64,000 nt of DNA from Heptranchias perlo. Taxonomy: Eukaryota. The stretch covers positions 55,924,001 through 55,988,000 of the forward strand of contig NC_090334.1 of assembly GCF_035084215.1 (NCBI RefSeq), written 5' to 3'. Made by a program: the position numbers and the translations under genes. Of the stretch, positions 1 through 11,890 are shown piece after piece. Each line of letters opens with the position of its first letter. Positions within the stretch are counted from its first letter, which is position 1. A model generated the notes under the pieces. It saw only the letters and a list, made by a program, of their open reading frames with translations. It made no database searches and had not been told where the DNA came from.

Positions 1-960
1 ATACAGCCAGAAGTATGGGCATGAAATTAAAACTCGAAAATATCTGTGTAGGGCTCGACGGTTCTTTAATTAGGTAACTAGAGCCAGCTCACCAAGAGAA
101 ATGGAGTACTATATAAAAGACCTGCTCTCTGCCTACTGTTGACATCATTTATAAGCTCACAACTGAATGAAGCCCTATTATATAGCAAGGGAGGATCAGG
201 AGGAGAGGTTGATTCTACAAATGCCTGATGGGAAGAAATATTACAATATGAAGAAGACTAGCAACAAGAGTAGCACTTGGAATGAAAATGAATAGAACAA
301 ATGGTTAGGTCGGATCCTCCAGGCAGTGTCCAAAGGATTCCACATTACACCTCCAAATGAGGGGAATTAAACTGCCAGAGATAAGACTCCTTCCATGAGG
401 GCTCAAGAGTGAGTGGAACACAAACACTAATCCAAAATACATGGCTGACAGGCTCCCAGCGGAAGTTTCCCATATATACGCCTCACAAATGCTGAGTGTA
501 GGTTTGTCCAGCAAAGAAAATATTATAGCACCTTGTGTACTTGATACTGAACTGCAGCGCTAATGACCCAGGTGCCGTTTGAACATAGCATGATTCCAGG
601 GCCATATGTAAGTACAGGATTGTGTGGGAAAGTACAAAGGGACAATCACCTGCAGCCTTTCAAAAGCAGCCATTTTACTTCAGATAGCATAGGTGTTTGT
701 ATGTATTTACTTTAAAAGAAATTGTTGTAGCTAAGCTGTTGTTGCTTTATAACTACAGTTTAACAAATTATTTTTTCTGGACTTTACCACAGGAAAATAT
801 ACTTCTTGGATAGCTGCATCTCTGTTTGAAAATTAACATCAGGTCTTAAAAGATGATCATATCGTCCTCTTTGCATTGTTTCTACTTCGAGTAAAACAAT
901 TGTTATTCTTATGCAAAAATATTTAACAAACACATTCCCAACATTAATAAACTATTAAAG

Positions 961-1432
961 AAGAAAGAAAGAGAGAGCTTGTATTTATATAGCGCCTTTC
1001 ACAACCTCAGGACACCTCACAGCGCTTTGCAGCCAATTAAGTAATTTTGAAGTGTAGTCACTGTTGTAATGTAGGAAATGTGACAGCCAATTTGCGCACA
1101 GCAAGCTCCCACAAACAGCAGCGGGATAATGATCAGATAATCTCTTTCAATGATGTTGGTTGGGGGATAAATATTGGCCAGGACACCAGGGAGAACTTCC
1201 CTGCTGTTCTTCGAATAGTGTCAAGGGATCTTTTACATCCATCTGAGAGGGCAGACAGAGCCACGATTTAAAGATACATCCAAAAGATTTCCATCTCCAT
1301 CGGTGCAGCACTCCCTCAGTACTGGACTGAAGTGTCAACCTAGATTATGTGATCAAGTCTCTGGAGTGTGTCTTGAACCCACAGCCTTCTAATTCAGAGG
1401 CAAGAGTGCTACCACTGAGCCAAGGCAGACAC
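961..1432 (-). mobile_element. tRNA-derived Deu-domain SINE (SacSINE1/AmnSINE-like), near full length
   Basis: Minus strand has a tRNA-like head (GGCTCAGTGGTAG...GGGTTCAAG), the Deu core TGCTGTTTGTGGGAGCTTGCTGTGCGCAAATTGGCTG, an L2-type tail GAAAGGCGCTATATAAATACAAG and a CTTT-rich end. Confidence 0.8.
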
Positions 1433-1612
1433 TTGACTAGTTTTTGCTTTGCAAGTTACGTACCCTTCGCTACTTTACTTTTTTGCAACAATCATGCAAT
1501 TTTAAGGGAATTTATGAAAATGAACAGATTTCCTCACCAATAACGGTTTGCACCATGAGGAAAATGAAGATCTGTGTAATAAAACTGACAGTCTATACTG
1601 GTATTGATCAAG

Positions 1613-1907
1613 TTTGCTCATGGTGCCAGTCTTGCTGCATGGCGCCAGGCTTGCTGCATGGCGCCAGGCTTGCTGCATGGCGCCAGGCTTGCTGCATGGC
1701 GCCAGGCTTGCTGCATGGCGCCAGGCTTGCTGCATGGCGCCAGGCTTGCTGCATGGCGCCAGGCTTGCTGCATGGCGCCAGGCTTGCTGCATGGCGCCAG
1801 GCTTGCTGCATGGCGCCAGGCTTGCTGCATGGCGCCAGGGTTGCTGCATGGCGCCAGGGTTGCCGCATTGTGCCAGGTTTACCGCATTGTGCGAGGGTTG
1901 TTGCATG
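1613..1907. repeat. 19-bp minisatellite (CTTGCTGCATGGCGCCAGG), about 15 copies
   Basis: 11 perfect units at 1631-1839 with degenerate units on both sides; explains the six overlapping repetitive ORFs. Confidence 0.97.
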
Positions 1908-2559
1908 CTCTAATAGAGGCAGGTTCTATTGAAAAGCATTTGCGGTAATCCTTTAGATTTTAACTAGATCAGTGGCAGAATACACAAAAAGTCTCATTCT
2001 ACTCCATTCATCCATTATACTCTTACCCACGTTTTACCCTGAGGCAACTCTGACTGAAATCTATATTTAAACACTTGAGGATTTGAACTAATGAGTCGGA
2101 AGTTTTAAAATATTTATGAAATATATACACTATGCTGGCTGACAACAATTAAACAAATAGAAATATGAATAATAAAGAATGTCTCCCGTGCTGAGGAGGA
2201 GTTCTCCATTTGTTTGAACACAGTTTCAATCAGTATAGAACTTTAATCTGTACAAAGATTTCACATTATTTTAGGTTTATAATACAGATTCTAATATTTC
2301 TGTAGGGTTTAGTAAACCTACCTGCATCTTCAAAATGGTGTCCCACAAGGAAAAATTGGCAGACATAGAAACATAGGAAGATATGGGACCAGAAGAGTCC
2401 ATTGTGACACTGCTGTCCAGTCCCAAAGGTCATGTAATATCATCCACTATCCTGTCTCTTCTATGCTTCATTCCAAATATCCCAAATTTAAAATGGCAAG
2501 GCAATTATTGAAACTCCTAGTCCATGTAGTACATCCTGGAGCATGAAGGGAGTACAGTT

Positions 2560-2662
2560 AGAATCATACAGCACAGAAGGATGCCATTCAGCCCATCGTG
2601 CCTGTGCAGGCTCTTTGAAAGAGCAATCCAATTAGGTCCACTCCCCTGCTCTTTCCCCACAC
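2560..2662 (-). mobile_element. CR1-type 3' tail fragment
   Basis: AGAATCATACAGCACAGAAGG...CCATTCAGCCC matches the reverse complement of CR1 3' ends elsewhere in the window. Confidence 0.55.
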
Positions 2663-2989
2663 ACTATAGTTAGTTGAATAAAATACATGTTGTGCACACC
2701 AGGCAATTCTTGAAATTTATCCCCGTACCTTCCACCATTCACTGTTGTTAACAAAATAATAGGAGATCATAAAGTGGAAACCTAAGAAAAAAAGCTAAGA
2801 AAATAAATGTTGAGGAAAAGTAGAAGAAATGCAAAAAAACCATGTCAAAGAACGATAAACTGTAAATAATATTGAAGAAAAATTCTGCTGGCCGTTGTGT
2901 GTTAACAACACAGTTAACATAGTAAAAAACTGTCCTCCGATCGCTATTTCTAACAAAATCATAAACACGTTTTCTTGGAATGCTTTAAT

Positions 2990-5055
2990 AACACTAAAAG
3001 CATACCGATAATAGTAGATAATCAAGGGACAAAGGGGAGGGAGGATCGAAGAACAATCACTATCACTAGAGAAAAAGTACTAGGCAAACTAATGGGTCTG
3101 CAGGCTGACAAGTCCCCTGGACCCAATGGCTTGCATCGGAGGGTCTTAAAAGAAGTGGCTACAGAGATAGTGGATGCTTTGGTTATAATCTTCCAAAATT
3201 CATTAGTTTCTAGAAAGGTCCCAGCGGATTGGAAAACCGCAAATGTAACACCCCTATTTAAGGAAGGAGGCATCAGAAAGCAGGTAACTATAGGCCAATT
3301 AGCCTAACATCTGTCATTGGGAAAATGCTAGAATCAATTATTAAGGAAGTAGTAGCAGGACATTTAGAGACTCAAAATAAAATCAAGGAGAGTTAACATG
3401 GTTTTATGAAAGCGAAATCGTGTTTGACAAATATATCAGAGTTAGACCATAAGACCATAAGAGATAGGAGCAGGAGTAGGCCATTCGGCCCCTTGAGCCT
3501 GCTCCGCCATTTAATGAGATCATGGCTGATCTGATTTTTACCTCAACTCCACTTTCCCGCCCTTTCCCCATATCCTTTGACTTGCTTGCTGATCAAAAAT
3601 TTGTCTAACTCAGCCTTGAATGTATTCAATGACTCAGCCTCCAAGAATTTTTGGGGTAAAGAATTCCAAAGATTCACGACCCTCTGGGAGAAGAAATTCC
3701 TCCTCATTTCCGTCTTAAACGGGCGACCCCTTATTCTGAGACTATGCCCCCTAGTTTTAGATTCCTCCATGAGGGATAACATCCTCTCAGCATCTACCCT
3801 ATCGAGTCCCCTCAGTTCTTTGAGGAAGTAATGAGCAGGGTGGATAAAGGGATTAAGGGGAACCAGTAGATGTAGTGTATTTGGATTTCCAAAAGGCGCT
3901 CGATAAGGTGCCACATAAAAGGTTACTGCACAAGGTAAGGGCTCATGTGTTGGGGGTAATATATTAGCATGGATAGAGGATTGGCTAACTAACAGAAAAC
4001 AGAGAGTCAGGATAAAGGGGTAATTTTCAGGATGGCAATCTGTAACTAGTGGGATGCTGCAGGGATCAGTGCTGGGGCCTCAACTATTTACAATCTATAT
4101 CCATGACTCGAATGAAGGAAGCAAGTGTACTGTGGCCAAACTTGCTGATGATACAAGGATAGGTGGAAAAGTAATTTGTGAGGGGGACACAAAGTGTCTG
4201 CAAAGGGATATAGACAGGTTAAGTGAGTGAGCAAAAATTTGGCAGATGGAGTATAATGTGGGAAAATGTGAAGTCATCTACTTTGGTAGAAAGAATAAAA
4301 AAGCAAAATAGCAAATGGAGAAAGACTACAGAATGCTGTGGTACAGAGGGATTTGGGTGTCCTCGTACATGAAACACAAAAAGTTAGCATACAGGTGCAG
4401 CAGGTAATTGGGAAGGCGAATGGAATGTTGGCCTTTATTTCAAGGGGGATGGAGTATAAAAGCAGGGAAGTCTTGCTACAACTGTAAAGGGTGCTGGTGA
4501 GACCACACCTGGAGTACTGCGTACAGTTTTGTTCCCCTTATTTAAGGAAGGATATACTTGCATTGAAGGCAGTTCAGAAAAAGTTCACTAGGTTGATTCC
4601 GGGCATGGAAGGGTTTTCTTGTGAGGAAAGATTGAGCAGGTTGGGCCTATACTCACTGGAGTTTAGAAGAATGAGAGGGGATCTTATTGAAACATATAAG
4701 ATTCTGAGGGGGCTTGACAGGGTAAATGCTGAGAGGATGTTTCCCCTCATAGAGGAATCTAGAACTAGAGGGCATAGTCTCAGAATAAGGGGTCGCCCAT
4801 TTAAGACGGAGATGAGGAGAAATTTCTTCTCCCAGAGGGTTGTGAACCTTTGGAATTCTTTGCCCCAAAGAGCGGTGGAGGCTGAGTCATTGAATACATT
4901 CAAGGCTGAGTTAGACAAATTTTGATCAGTCAAAGGATATGGGGAACAGACGGGAAAGTGGAGTTGAGGCCAAAATCAGATCAGCCATGATCTCATTGAA
5001 TGGTGGAGCAGGCTTGAAGGGCCAAATGGCCTACTCCTGCTCCTATCTCTTATGT
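2990..5055 (+). mobile_element. CR1 LINE, 5'-truncated, disrupted ORF2 (RT) plus 3' UTR
   Basis: Translations DKSPGPNGLH, DWKTANVTPLFK, LVRPHLEYCVQF, RRMRGDLIETYKI, RRNFFSQRVVNLWNSLP; multiple stops and frameshifts. Confidence 0.93.
3444..3813 (-). mobile_element. CR1 3' fragment nested antisense in the 2990-5055 CR1
   Basis: ORF 3543..3914(-) gives the CR1 C-terminus; AGACCATA-repeat tail at 3444; AGTT duplicated at 3440-3443 and 3814-3817; host frame resumes after it. Confidence 0.9.
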
Positions 5056-5079
5056 ATAATTTTGCCAGAAAGAGCGATC

Positions 5080-5525
5080 AGAGGAAATCTTGCCCTGTAA
5101 TTGCATATTGTCGTAATTCTGGAACAGTGTTTTTCCTGTAAACGAGTATTTCTGACAGATATGAATATAGCAAGAAATCAAGTTCAGAGGGAAAATACAT
5201 TTGCTGAGAAAATAACAATGTATGGACGATGCACGCCGTTATTAATGAGCAAATCTCGGCCAGAAACTTGTGGCGAGAAAGAGAAACCCCTGAATTGTGA
5301 GTCGCCACAAGTTGCTGTTTATTTCTCAATCCATAAATCTCATTAAGGAGATACACTATTGGTCCTGTTGTTCAGGTCCCAGATGCCCCGTTACCCTCAC
5401 TGCCCATTATCAGCTCACACTTCCAGCAACTTACAGGGCCAAACATTTTTGAGCTGAAGGGTACAGGAAAAAGTCTAACTAACCAGGCATGTCACGAGAT
5501 GCCCCACTCCAGCAAATTCTGGCCC
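5080..5525. mobile_element. Degenerate non-autonomous DNA transposon (Harbinger-type MITE)
   Basis: Right end AAATTCTGGCCC followed by AAT; shares CAGGTCCCAGATGCCC with the 12499-13283 element. Confidence 0.45.
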
Positions 5526-6099
5526 AATGAGAAAAGGTGTGGTACTCAGGAGACGTGTGCTCATAATATGGAAGCACTGCCAGTTTATTGAAAATGATAT
5601 TTACATTTTATGCTGAGCACAAAAAAAGATACTTAGTAAAAGCTCTAGTTACAAATATGCAGTGTGGGCAGCAATACAATCACTGTCACCATTTCACTTT
5701 TCTGTAGCTGTGTGATACTCAGCAGAAAAATGAATAGCTGATAGCAGATAACAGCGCTGCACATTTTTAACTCAAAAGATTCAAGAATCGTTTGTGCTCT
5801 TTGAAAATGAAAACTGTTCAATTATGGATCTGAGTTCAATCGTGCCCACTTATCCTATAAATTAAAGGTGCTAAACTGCCTATGTCATGGCATTGTTATC
5901 ATTTCTAAATAGTCAATGTGCCGACCACCAGCATGTTCTCCTGAACAAAAGATTGACCGTTCCCTGCTGTTACTGGTGGGATATTCTTTATTCAAATTAG
6001 TCAAATCAGTTGGAAAACCATTTTCAAATTTTAGACTTTCCTGGTGTTTTGGCAGCAGTTATCACATCATTTATGGACCTATTCACAAGGAAATAAAGC

Positions 6100-6536
6100 T
6101 TTGTGCCCAATGATTTAGATATCACTGAACAGTCAGTGACGCTCAGGATCTCTTGGGAACCATGACGCTTTTCCTGTGTGCCAAAGAGCCTTTGTCTTCT
6201 TGCCCTTATCTCTGCCAGCATTATCTCCATTGAGAATGATGGGGCCTTCGGCATTGCAGACCCTCCAGATGGTGCTCCTATTTCTGAGATGGCTTTTCAG
6301 CCTTCAGATGCAGCTCTCTCTCTATCCCTTACCTGCAGTCCTTCAGGCCATTTCAGTTGCAGGAGCCTTTAAAATACTGCAGCTCGCCCTGATTTCCTTC
6401 ATTCCCTACAGCAGAGACCCAGTCAGGAGGGGGATTCTTGTTCAATGAAGTTCACCCCAAGGAAATTGCAATCAGTTGCCGGCGGGACCCCGTGACCAGG
6501 TGAAAATCCCCCTCCAATCTTGGAAAAATCCAGCTC
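6100..6536 (-). mobile_element. Harbinger relic with Myb/SANT-like N-terminus
   Basis: ORF 6024..6254(-) KAPSFS..EIMLAEIRARRQRLFG resembles the Myb-like exon at 11651-11890; TIR-like end near 6520-6536. Confidence 0.55.
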
Positions 6537-6956
6537 TTTAAGTGAAACCACGTTTGTTGCAATGATGCACAATTATTTTCAGTTGTTAATCAGCATGTGA
6601 CAATGTCTATTGACCCCTTTAAACAGTGTTCCTTCATAAATTGAGATCTCTAATATAGTGCTGTGCAAACAAATTGTAAACATAACTGAAAGTGCCATTG
6701 GCATTTTTACTGTGACAGCTGTTATATCTATACCAAGAACCATGGAGCTCCTCTCTCTATGTTCTCCTTTGTTAATACATTAGGAATAACATCACCAAGC
6801 CTGACATGTGGCTGACCTGGGCTTATTCAGTACCACATTTCATTATTACTGATTTACACTGCGGCGAGGACAAAATAGAAAAAAATCAGGAATCGTTAAT
6901 GAATTTTGAGTGGGCTACAATAGATATGTTTTTTTTAAAGAAACAAAGCATAGTTC

Positions 6957-8976
6957 TGCTGCCCCTCGGCGACAACATCCGAAAACACGACGTCAGGTTC
7001 CACGTGTATCGGGTCCTGCTTTCATCTGCCAAAACTGCTCACTATTCCAGGATCATCCTGGAATGCAAAGATAACTCCCGGCTTCTCTCCTCCACTACAA
7101 ACCATCTTCATAAACCCCTCTGCCCTGCCCCCTCCACCCTCACCTCCAACAACTAGTGCAAAGAGCTCATGGACTTCTTTGTCACTAAGATTGAGACCAT
7201 CTGTTCAGCTGCCTCTGCCGCTTCCCTCCCTTCCCCTAGCCCATCAAGAAAACTTACCCTAAGGTTCCCCCTTGCCCTAGCCATGAACTCGCATCTTTCC
7301 CTAGTTTCTCTCCTACCTCCTCTCATACCCTCTCTGAGTTTATTTTGTCCATGAGACGCACTCCCTGCTCCCTCAACCCTATTCCACAAAACTACTGACC
7401 ACCCAACTTCCTTTCCTGGCCCCCATGTTAGCTGATATTGTTAACGGTTTCCTCTCCTCAGATACTGTCCCCCTCCCTTTCAAATCTGCCGTCATCAGCC
7501 CCCTCCTCAAAAACTCCCCCTTGATCCCTCTGTACTTGCAAACTACTGCCCCATCTCCAACCTCCCTTTGCTCTCCAAAGTCCTTGAACGTGTTGTCGCC
7601 TCCCAAATCCGTGCCCGTCTTTCCCGCAGCTCCATGTTTGAACCCCTCCAATCAGGTTTCCGCCCCTGCCACAGTACTGTAACGGCCCTTATCAAAGTCA
7701 CAAATGACATCCTATGTGACTGTGACTGTGGTAAACTATCCCTCTCGACCTGTCTGCAGCCATTGACAATGTCGACCACACCATCCTCCTCCAATGCCTC
7801 TCCTCCTTCGTCCAGCTGGGTGGGGCTGCCCTCGCCTGGTTCCATTCTTATCTATTCAGTCGTAGCCAGAGAATCGCCTGCAATGGCTTCTCTTCCTGCT
7901 CCCGCACCATTACCTCTGGAGTCTCCCAAGGATCTATCCTTGGCCCCTTCCTTTTTCTCATCTACATGCTGTCCCTCGGCAACATCATCTGAAAACTCAG
8001 TGTCAGATTCTACATGTACGCTGATGACACCCAGCTCTACCTCACCGCCACCTCTCTCGACCCCTCCACTGTCTCTGATTTGTCACGCTGCTTGTCCAAC
8101 ATTCAGTACTGGATGAGCAGAAATTTCCTCCAACTAAATATTGGGAAGACTGAAGCCATTGTCTTTGGTCCCTGTGACAAATTCCTTTCACTAGTCACTG
8201 ACTTCATCCCTCTCCCTGGCCACTGTTTGAGGCTGATACAGGCCGTTCGCAAACCTGGCAACCTATTTGACCCCGAGATGAGCTTCCGACCCCATATCCG
8301 CTCCATCACCAAAACCGCCTACTACCACCTCCGTAATATCGCCCATCTCCGCCCCTGCCTCATCTCATCTGCTGCTGAAACCCTCATTCATGCCTTAGTT
8401 ACCACTAGACTTGACTATTCTAATGCTCTCCTGGTTGGCCTCCCATCCTCCACCTTCCATAAACTTGAGCTCGTCCAAAACTCTACTGCCCATTTCCTAA
8501 CTTGCACCAAGTCCTGTTCTCCCATCACCCCTGCTCTCGCTGATCTACATTGGCACCCGGTCCAGCAAGCCTCGATTTTAAAACTCTCATCCTTGTTTTC
8601 AAATCCCTCCATGGCCTCACCCCTCCCTATCTCTATAACCTCCTCTAGTCCCTACAAGCTTCCGAGATCTCTGCACTTCTCCAATTCTGGCCTCTTGTGC
8701 ATCCCGGATTTTAATCGCTCCGCCATAGGCGGCCGTATCTTCAGCTTCCTAGGCTCTCAACTCTGGAATTCCCTACCTAAACCCCTCCGCCTCTCTACCT
8801 CTCTCTCCTTCTTTCAGACGCTCCGTAAAACCTACCTCTTTGACCGTGCTTTTGGTCATCTCTCCTAATATCTCCTTCAGTGGCTCAGTGTCAAATTTTG
8901 TTTGATAATGCTCCTGTGAAGTGCCTTGGGACGTTTCACCACGTTAAAGACGCTATATAAATGCAAGTTGTTGTTG
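6957..8976 (+). mobile_element. L2 LINE, 5'-truncated, disrupted ORF2
   Basis: LSKVLERVV, QSGFRPCHST, YADDTQLY, LQLNIGKTE, RLDYSNALL; 3' end GCTATATAAATGCAAG(TTG)n. Confidence 0.93.
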
Positions 8977-8981
8977 ATGTC

Positions 8982-9013
8982 GTTCTGATAAAAAGTCAGG
9001 GACCTGAAACATT
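8982..9013 (+). mobile_element. Penelope-like pseudo-LTR fragment, left half, with degenerate hammerhead-type core; continues at 12148-12220
   Basis: CTGATAA-AAAGTC-AGG-GACCT-GAAAC resembles CUGAnGA-stem II-GAAA. It joins AACTCTGTTTCTTTCCACAGATGCTGCCTGACCTGCTGA beyond the Harbinger, a sequence I recall as a common elasmobranch repeat. Confidence 0.5.
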
Positions 9014-9510
9014 GAGATAAATTTTACCGCTAAAGAACGGGTGGGTTGGGGGTGGGTGGGAATTGAAAATTCTCTGCTTTGGGAACGGGACTGCATCCCA
9101 GCTCCAACACGCTGACTTCTGGGTTTGACCCAGATGCAACTGGGTGCGTGCGCGCTTCTGAAACTCAAAAGGGACAATTGAGGTACTTAAAGTACTTAAA
9201 GATGTTAACTTCTTGTGGTTTAAACTATACAAGCCATTTTAACTGCTTCTTAATGTGTCTCCCGTGGCCTCTGAAAGATGCCATGGAAACGGGGATGAGT
9301 TCCAGCGGCACCCATTTGGCCCTTTAAACCAGCGATTGGCACATCTGAAGAAAAATTGAGTTTTTGCAGAAGGGCAATCAATTCTCTCAGACAAACCTTC
9401 AGCTGAGAATTCTTTGTGTTTAGTCTGAGATTTCTTCGTTCACACTCAGAATTCTTGTATTCACACATATTTATCTACATTTTGGACCCCCTTAAACTGA
9501 CAACATCACG

Positions 9511-10722
9511 ATGGGGGACGCAGTGGATTTATTGGAGGAGGCACATCACCATCCACAGCAGGTACGGCATGCAGTTCTGGGAGTTGCAGCTCCACAAGAC
9601 AGTGGTACGTCACAAGGATCTGCAGAAGAGCAGAGGGGAGACCAACGGAGGGACCGACGTCGCAGGAGGCACTACCCTCGTGAGAGGGTCTACAGACAGA
9701 GGCTGAGCTTCCTGGACCTCCCTGAGGAGCAGTGCCTATGAAGGCTCAGATTGAGTCACCAGATGGTCACAGACATCTGCACACTCCTTCATGCAGAGCT
9801 GCTCCCGAATGGGCCTGGTGGGCGCGCATTGCCCATCTCAGTTAAAGTCACCATTGCCCTCAATTTCTTTGCCTCTGGATCCTTCCAGGGCGCCACTGGC
9901 AACATCACCAGGATCTCTCAGTCGTCTGCCCATAAGTGTATATGACAGGTCACAGATGGCTTGTTTGCCAGGGCATCCGATTACATCAAGTTCCCTTGAG
10001 ATGGCGTCAGCCAGACTGAGAGGGCAGTGGGTTTCAATTCTCTCGCTGGCTTCCCATGGGCGCAGGATGCAACTGATTGCTCACACGTAGCAATCAGAGG
10101 ACCTGCACGTGAGCCAGAACTGTTCATCAACCGAAAGGGATATCCTTCCATCCATGCACAGCTGCTTTGCCACCACCAGAAGAGATTTCTGCAGGTCTGT
10201 GCCAAATTCCCTGGCAGCTGCCATGATTCCTTCATTTTGCACGAGTCCAACATCCCAGCCCTCTTCCATGGACAAGACAGACTTAAGGGCTGGCTGCTTG
10301 GAGACAAGGGATACCCCCTGGAGATGTGGCCCATGACACCTGTGAGAAACCCCACCAACGAGGCACAGCAACAGTACAACGACAGTCACATCGCCACCAG
10401 GTCTGTCATTGATTCAACCATTGGAATGCTCAAGATGCGCTTCAGGTGCCTGGATCGATCTGGGGGATCCCTTCAGTACTCACCAATGAGGGTGTGTAGA
10501 ATAACAGTTGTGTGTTGCGTCCTGCACAACATCGTTTAGCGGAGAGAATTACAGGTGGAAGAGCTCCCATGCGCCCATGAAGCATCTGCATCCGCCATCA
10601 ACATTGAAGAAGATGAGGAGGAGCAGGAGGAGGAGGACGGTAGGCAACTCATCGGCAGAGCAGCGGCACACTTGGCTGCTCGTGATGCCAGGGAGTCACT
10701 CATATCTGATAGATTCTCATAA
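9511..10722 (+). pseudogene. Harbinger DDE transposase (HARBI1-like family), 4 in-frame stops, no frameshift
   Basis: ORFs 9511, 9751 and 10027 share one frame: KVTIALNFFASGSFQ, DCSHV, NRKGYPS, PGSCHDSFIL, GWLLGDKGYP, GMLKMRFRCLD, CCVLHN; final TAA at 10720-10722. Confidence 0.92.
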
Positions 10723-11039
10723 GGAGATCTGCAAAGTGAAGATAGTGAATTACTCAGACCACCTGGAACGACCAACACCAGCCACTCCCCTCCCCTCTAT
10801 TTGCACAAAACAGTCCTACAACCACACATGCACCCATTGTAAACGTGCCCAATGGGTGGCATCAAGTCTTGCCATTCATGATGAAGCACATGCACGGGCG
10901 TTTTCATGAAAGGGACTCAAGAATGGACAAGACGTGGCAGTGATGGTGACAAGTATTACATTTATTGTGAATGTAACAAAAAACAAAGAGAAATGAAAAA
11001 CATGACATTTAGTCAGCCATCTTTGTGCATGCCCTTGGT

Positions 11040-11890
11040 GATTACAAAACCTATGCCTTCCTCTTCCTGCTACTTCAATGGGGTGCATCCCATGTGGCTT
11101 CAGCAGAGATAGTGGCAGGTTGTTCAGGTCTCTGCCCTGACTGCTGAGATGCTGTCTGGGTTTTGGAGCCCGTGAGGGCCCCGCCAAAGACTGCTCCACC
11201 TGCACCTGTGCAGGGGCAGACTTGGGCATCAGAAGAGGAGGCAGCATTGTGGATACTGGTTGCGGGGGGTGCAATGTGGGAGCACTTTGAGTGGAGTCCC
11301 CACATCCATGTCCCCTTTCACCATCATCCCTCTCCAGGGCCACAGCCACATCACTCCTACCACTTTGCTGGACAGCAGCTTGGAGAACATCTGTGCCGCC
11401 TTTTAAGCCCATTGCTAAAGTATCTGTATAAGCATCAGAGAGTGAGTATTGGACAGATTCATCACATTACATCAGGATTGGGGTGGGTTCACAAATGGGG
11501 AGATGAGGAAGTACACAAAAAATGAAGGTAAGTTGACATTGAGCATTAAGTGGGTGTGAGGAACGATGTAATGGAGTTGGCTTCGCAGGGTGTGGGGGGG
11601 GGAGGATAATGTGCACCACAGGATGTAGGTGAATTAGTAACTGTACTCACTTTTCCTGACCTGGTTAGGTCTTTGAAGCTCTTCCTGCACTGCACCTACA
11701 TCCTTGTCACCATGTACCTGCTGGTCACCTCCTCTGCCACCTCGAGACAGGCCTTCTTGGTGGCAGAGGCAGGGCGCTTCCTCATGTCAGCTGGGTACAA
11801 TGTTTCCCTCCTGCTCTTCACACCGGCTAACAGCAACTCCAGCGAAGAGTCACTGAACTGAAGTGCTGGCCTCGACCTCTGCTGCTCCAT
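11040..11890 (-). pseudogene. Harbinger Myb/SANT-like accessory gene (exon 1 at 11651-11890, later coding remnant ~11040-11410)
   Basis: FSDSSLELLLAGVKSRRETLY...EVAEEV...*VQCRKSFKDLTRSGK then a GTGAGT donor at 11650; in-frame stop at 11696-11698. Confidence 0.85.

Noticed and set aside
1-610. Possible Gypsy pol remnant or exon (QLTKRNGVLYKR; GTAAGT near 608)
   Set aside because: One weak motif and stops in all frames.
1380-1432. tRNA gene
   Set aside because: The A/B boxes belong to the SINE head; no full cloverleaf.
9511-11890. Domesticated HARBI1 or NAIF1 genes
   Set aside because: Bounded by TIRs, contain stops, and many related relics lie nearby, so these are transposon copies.
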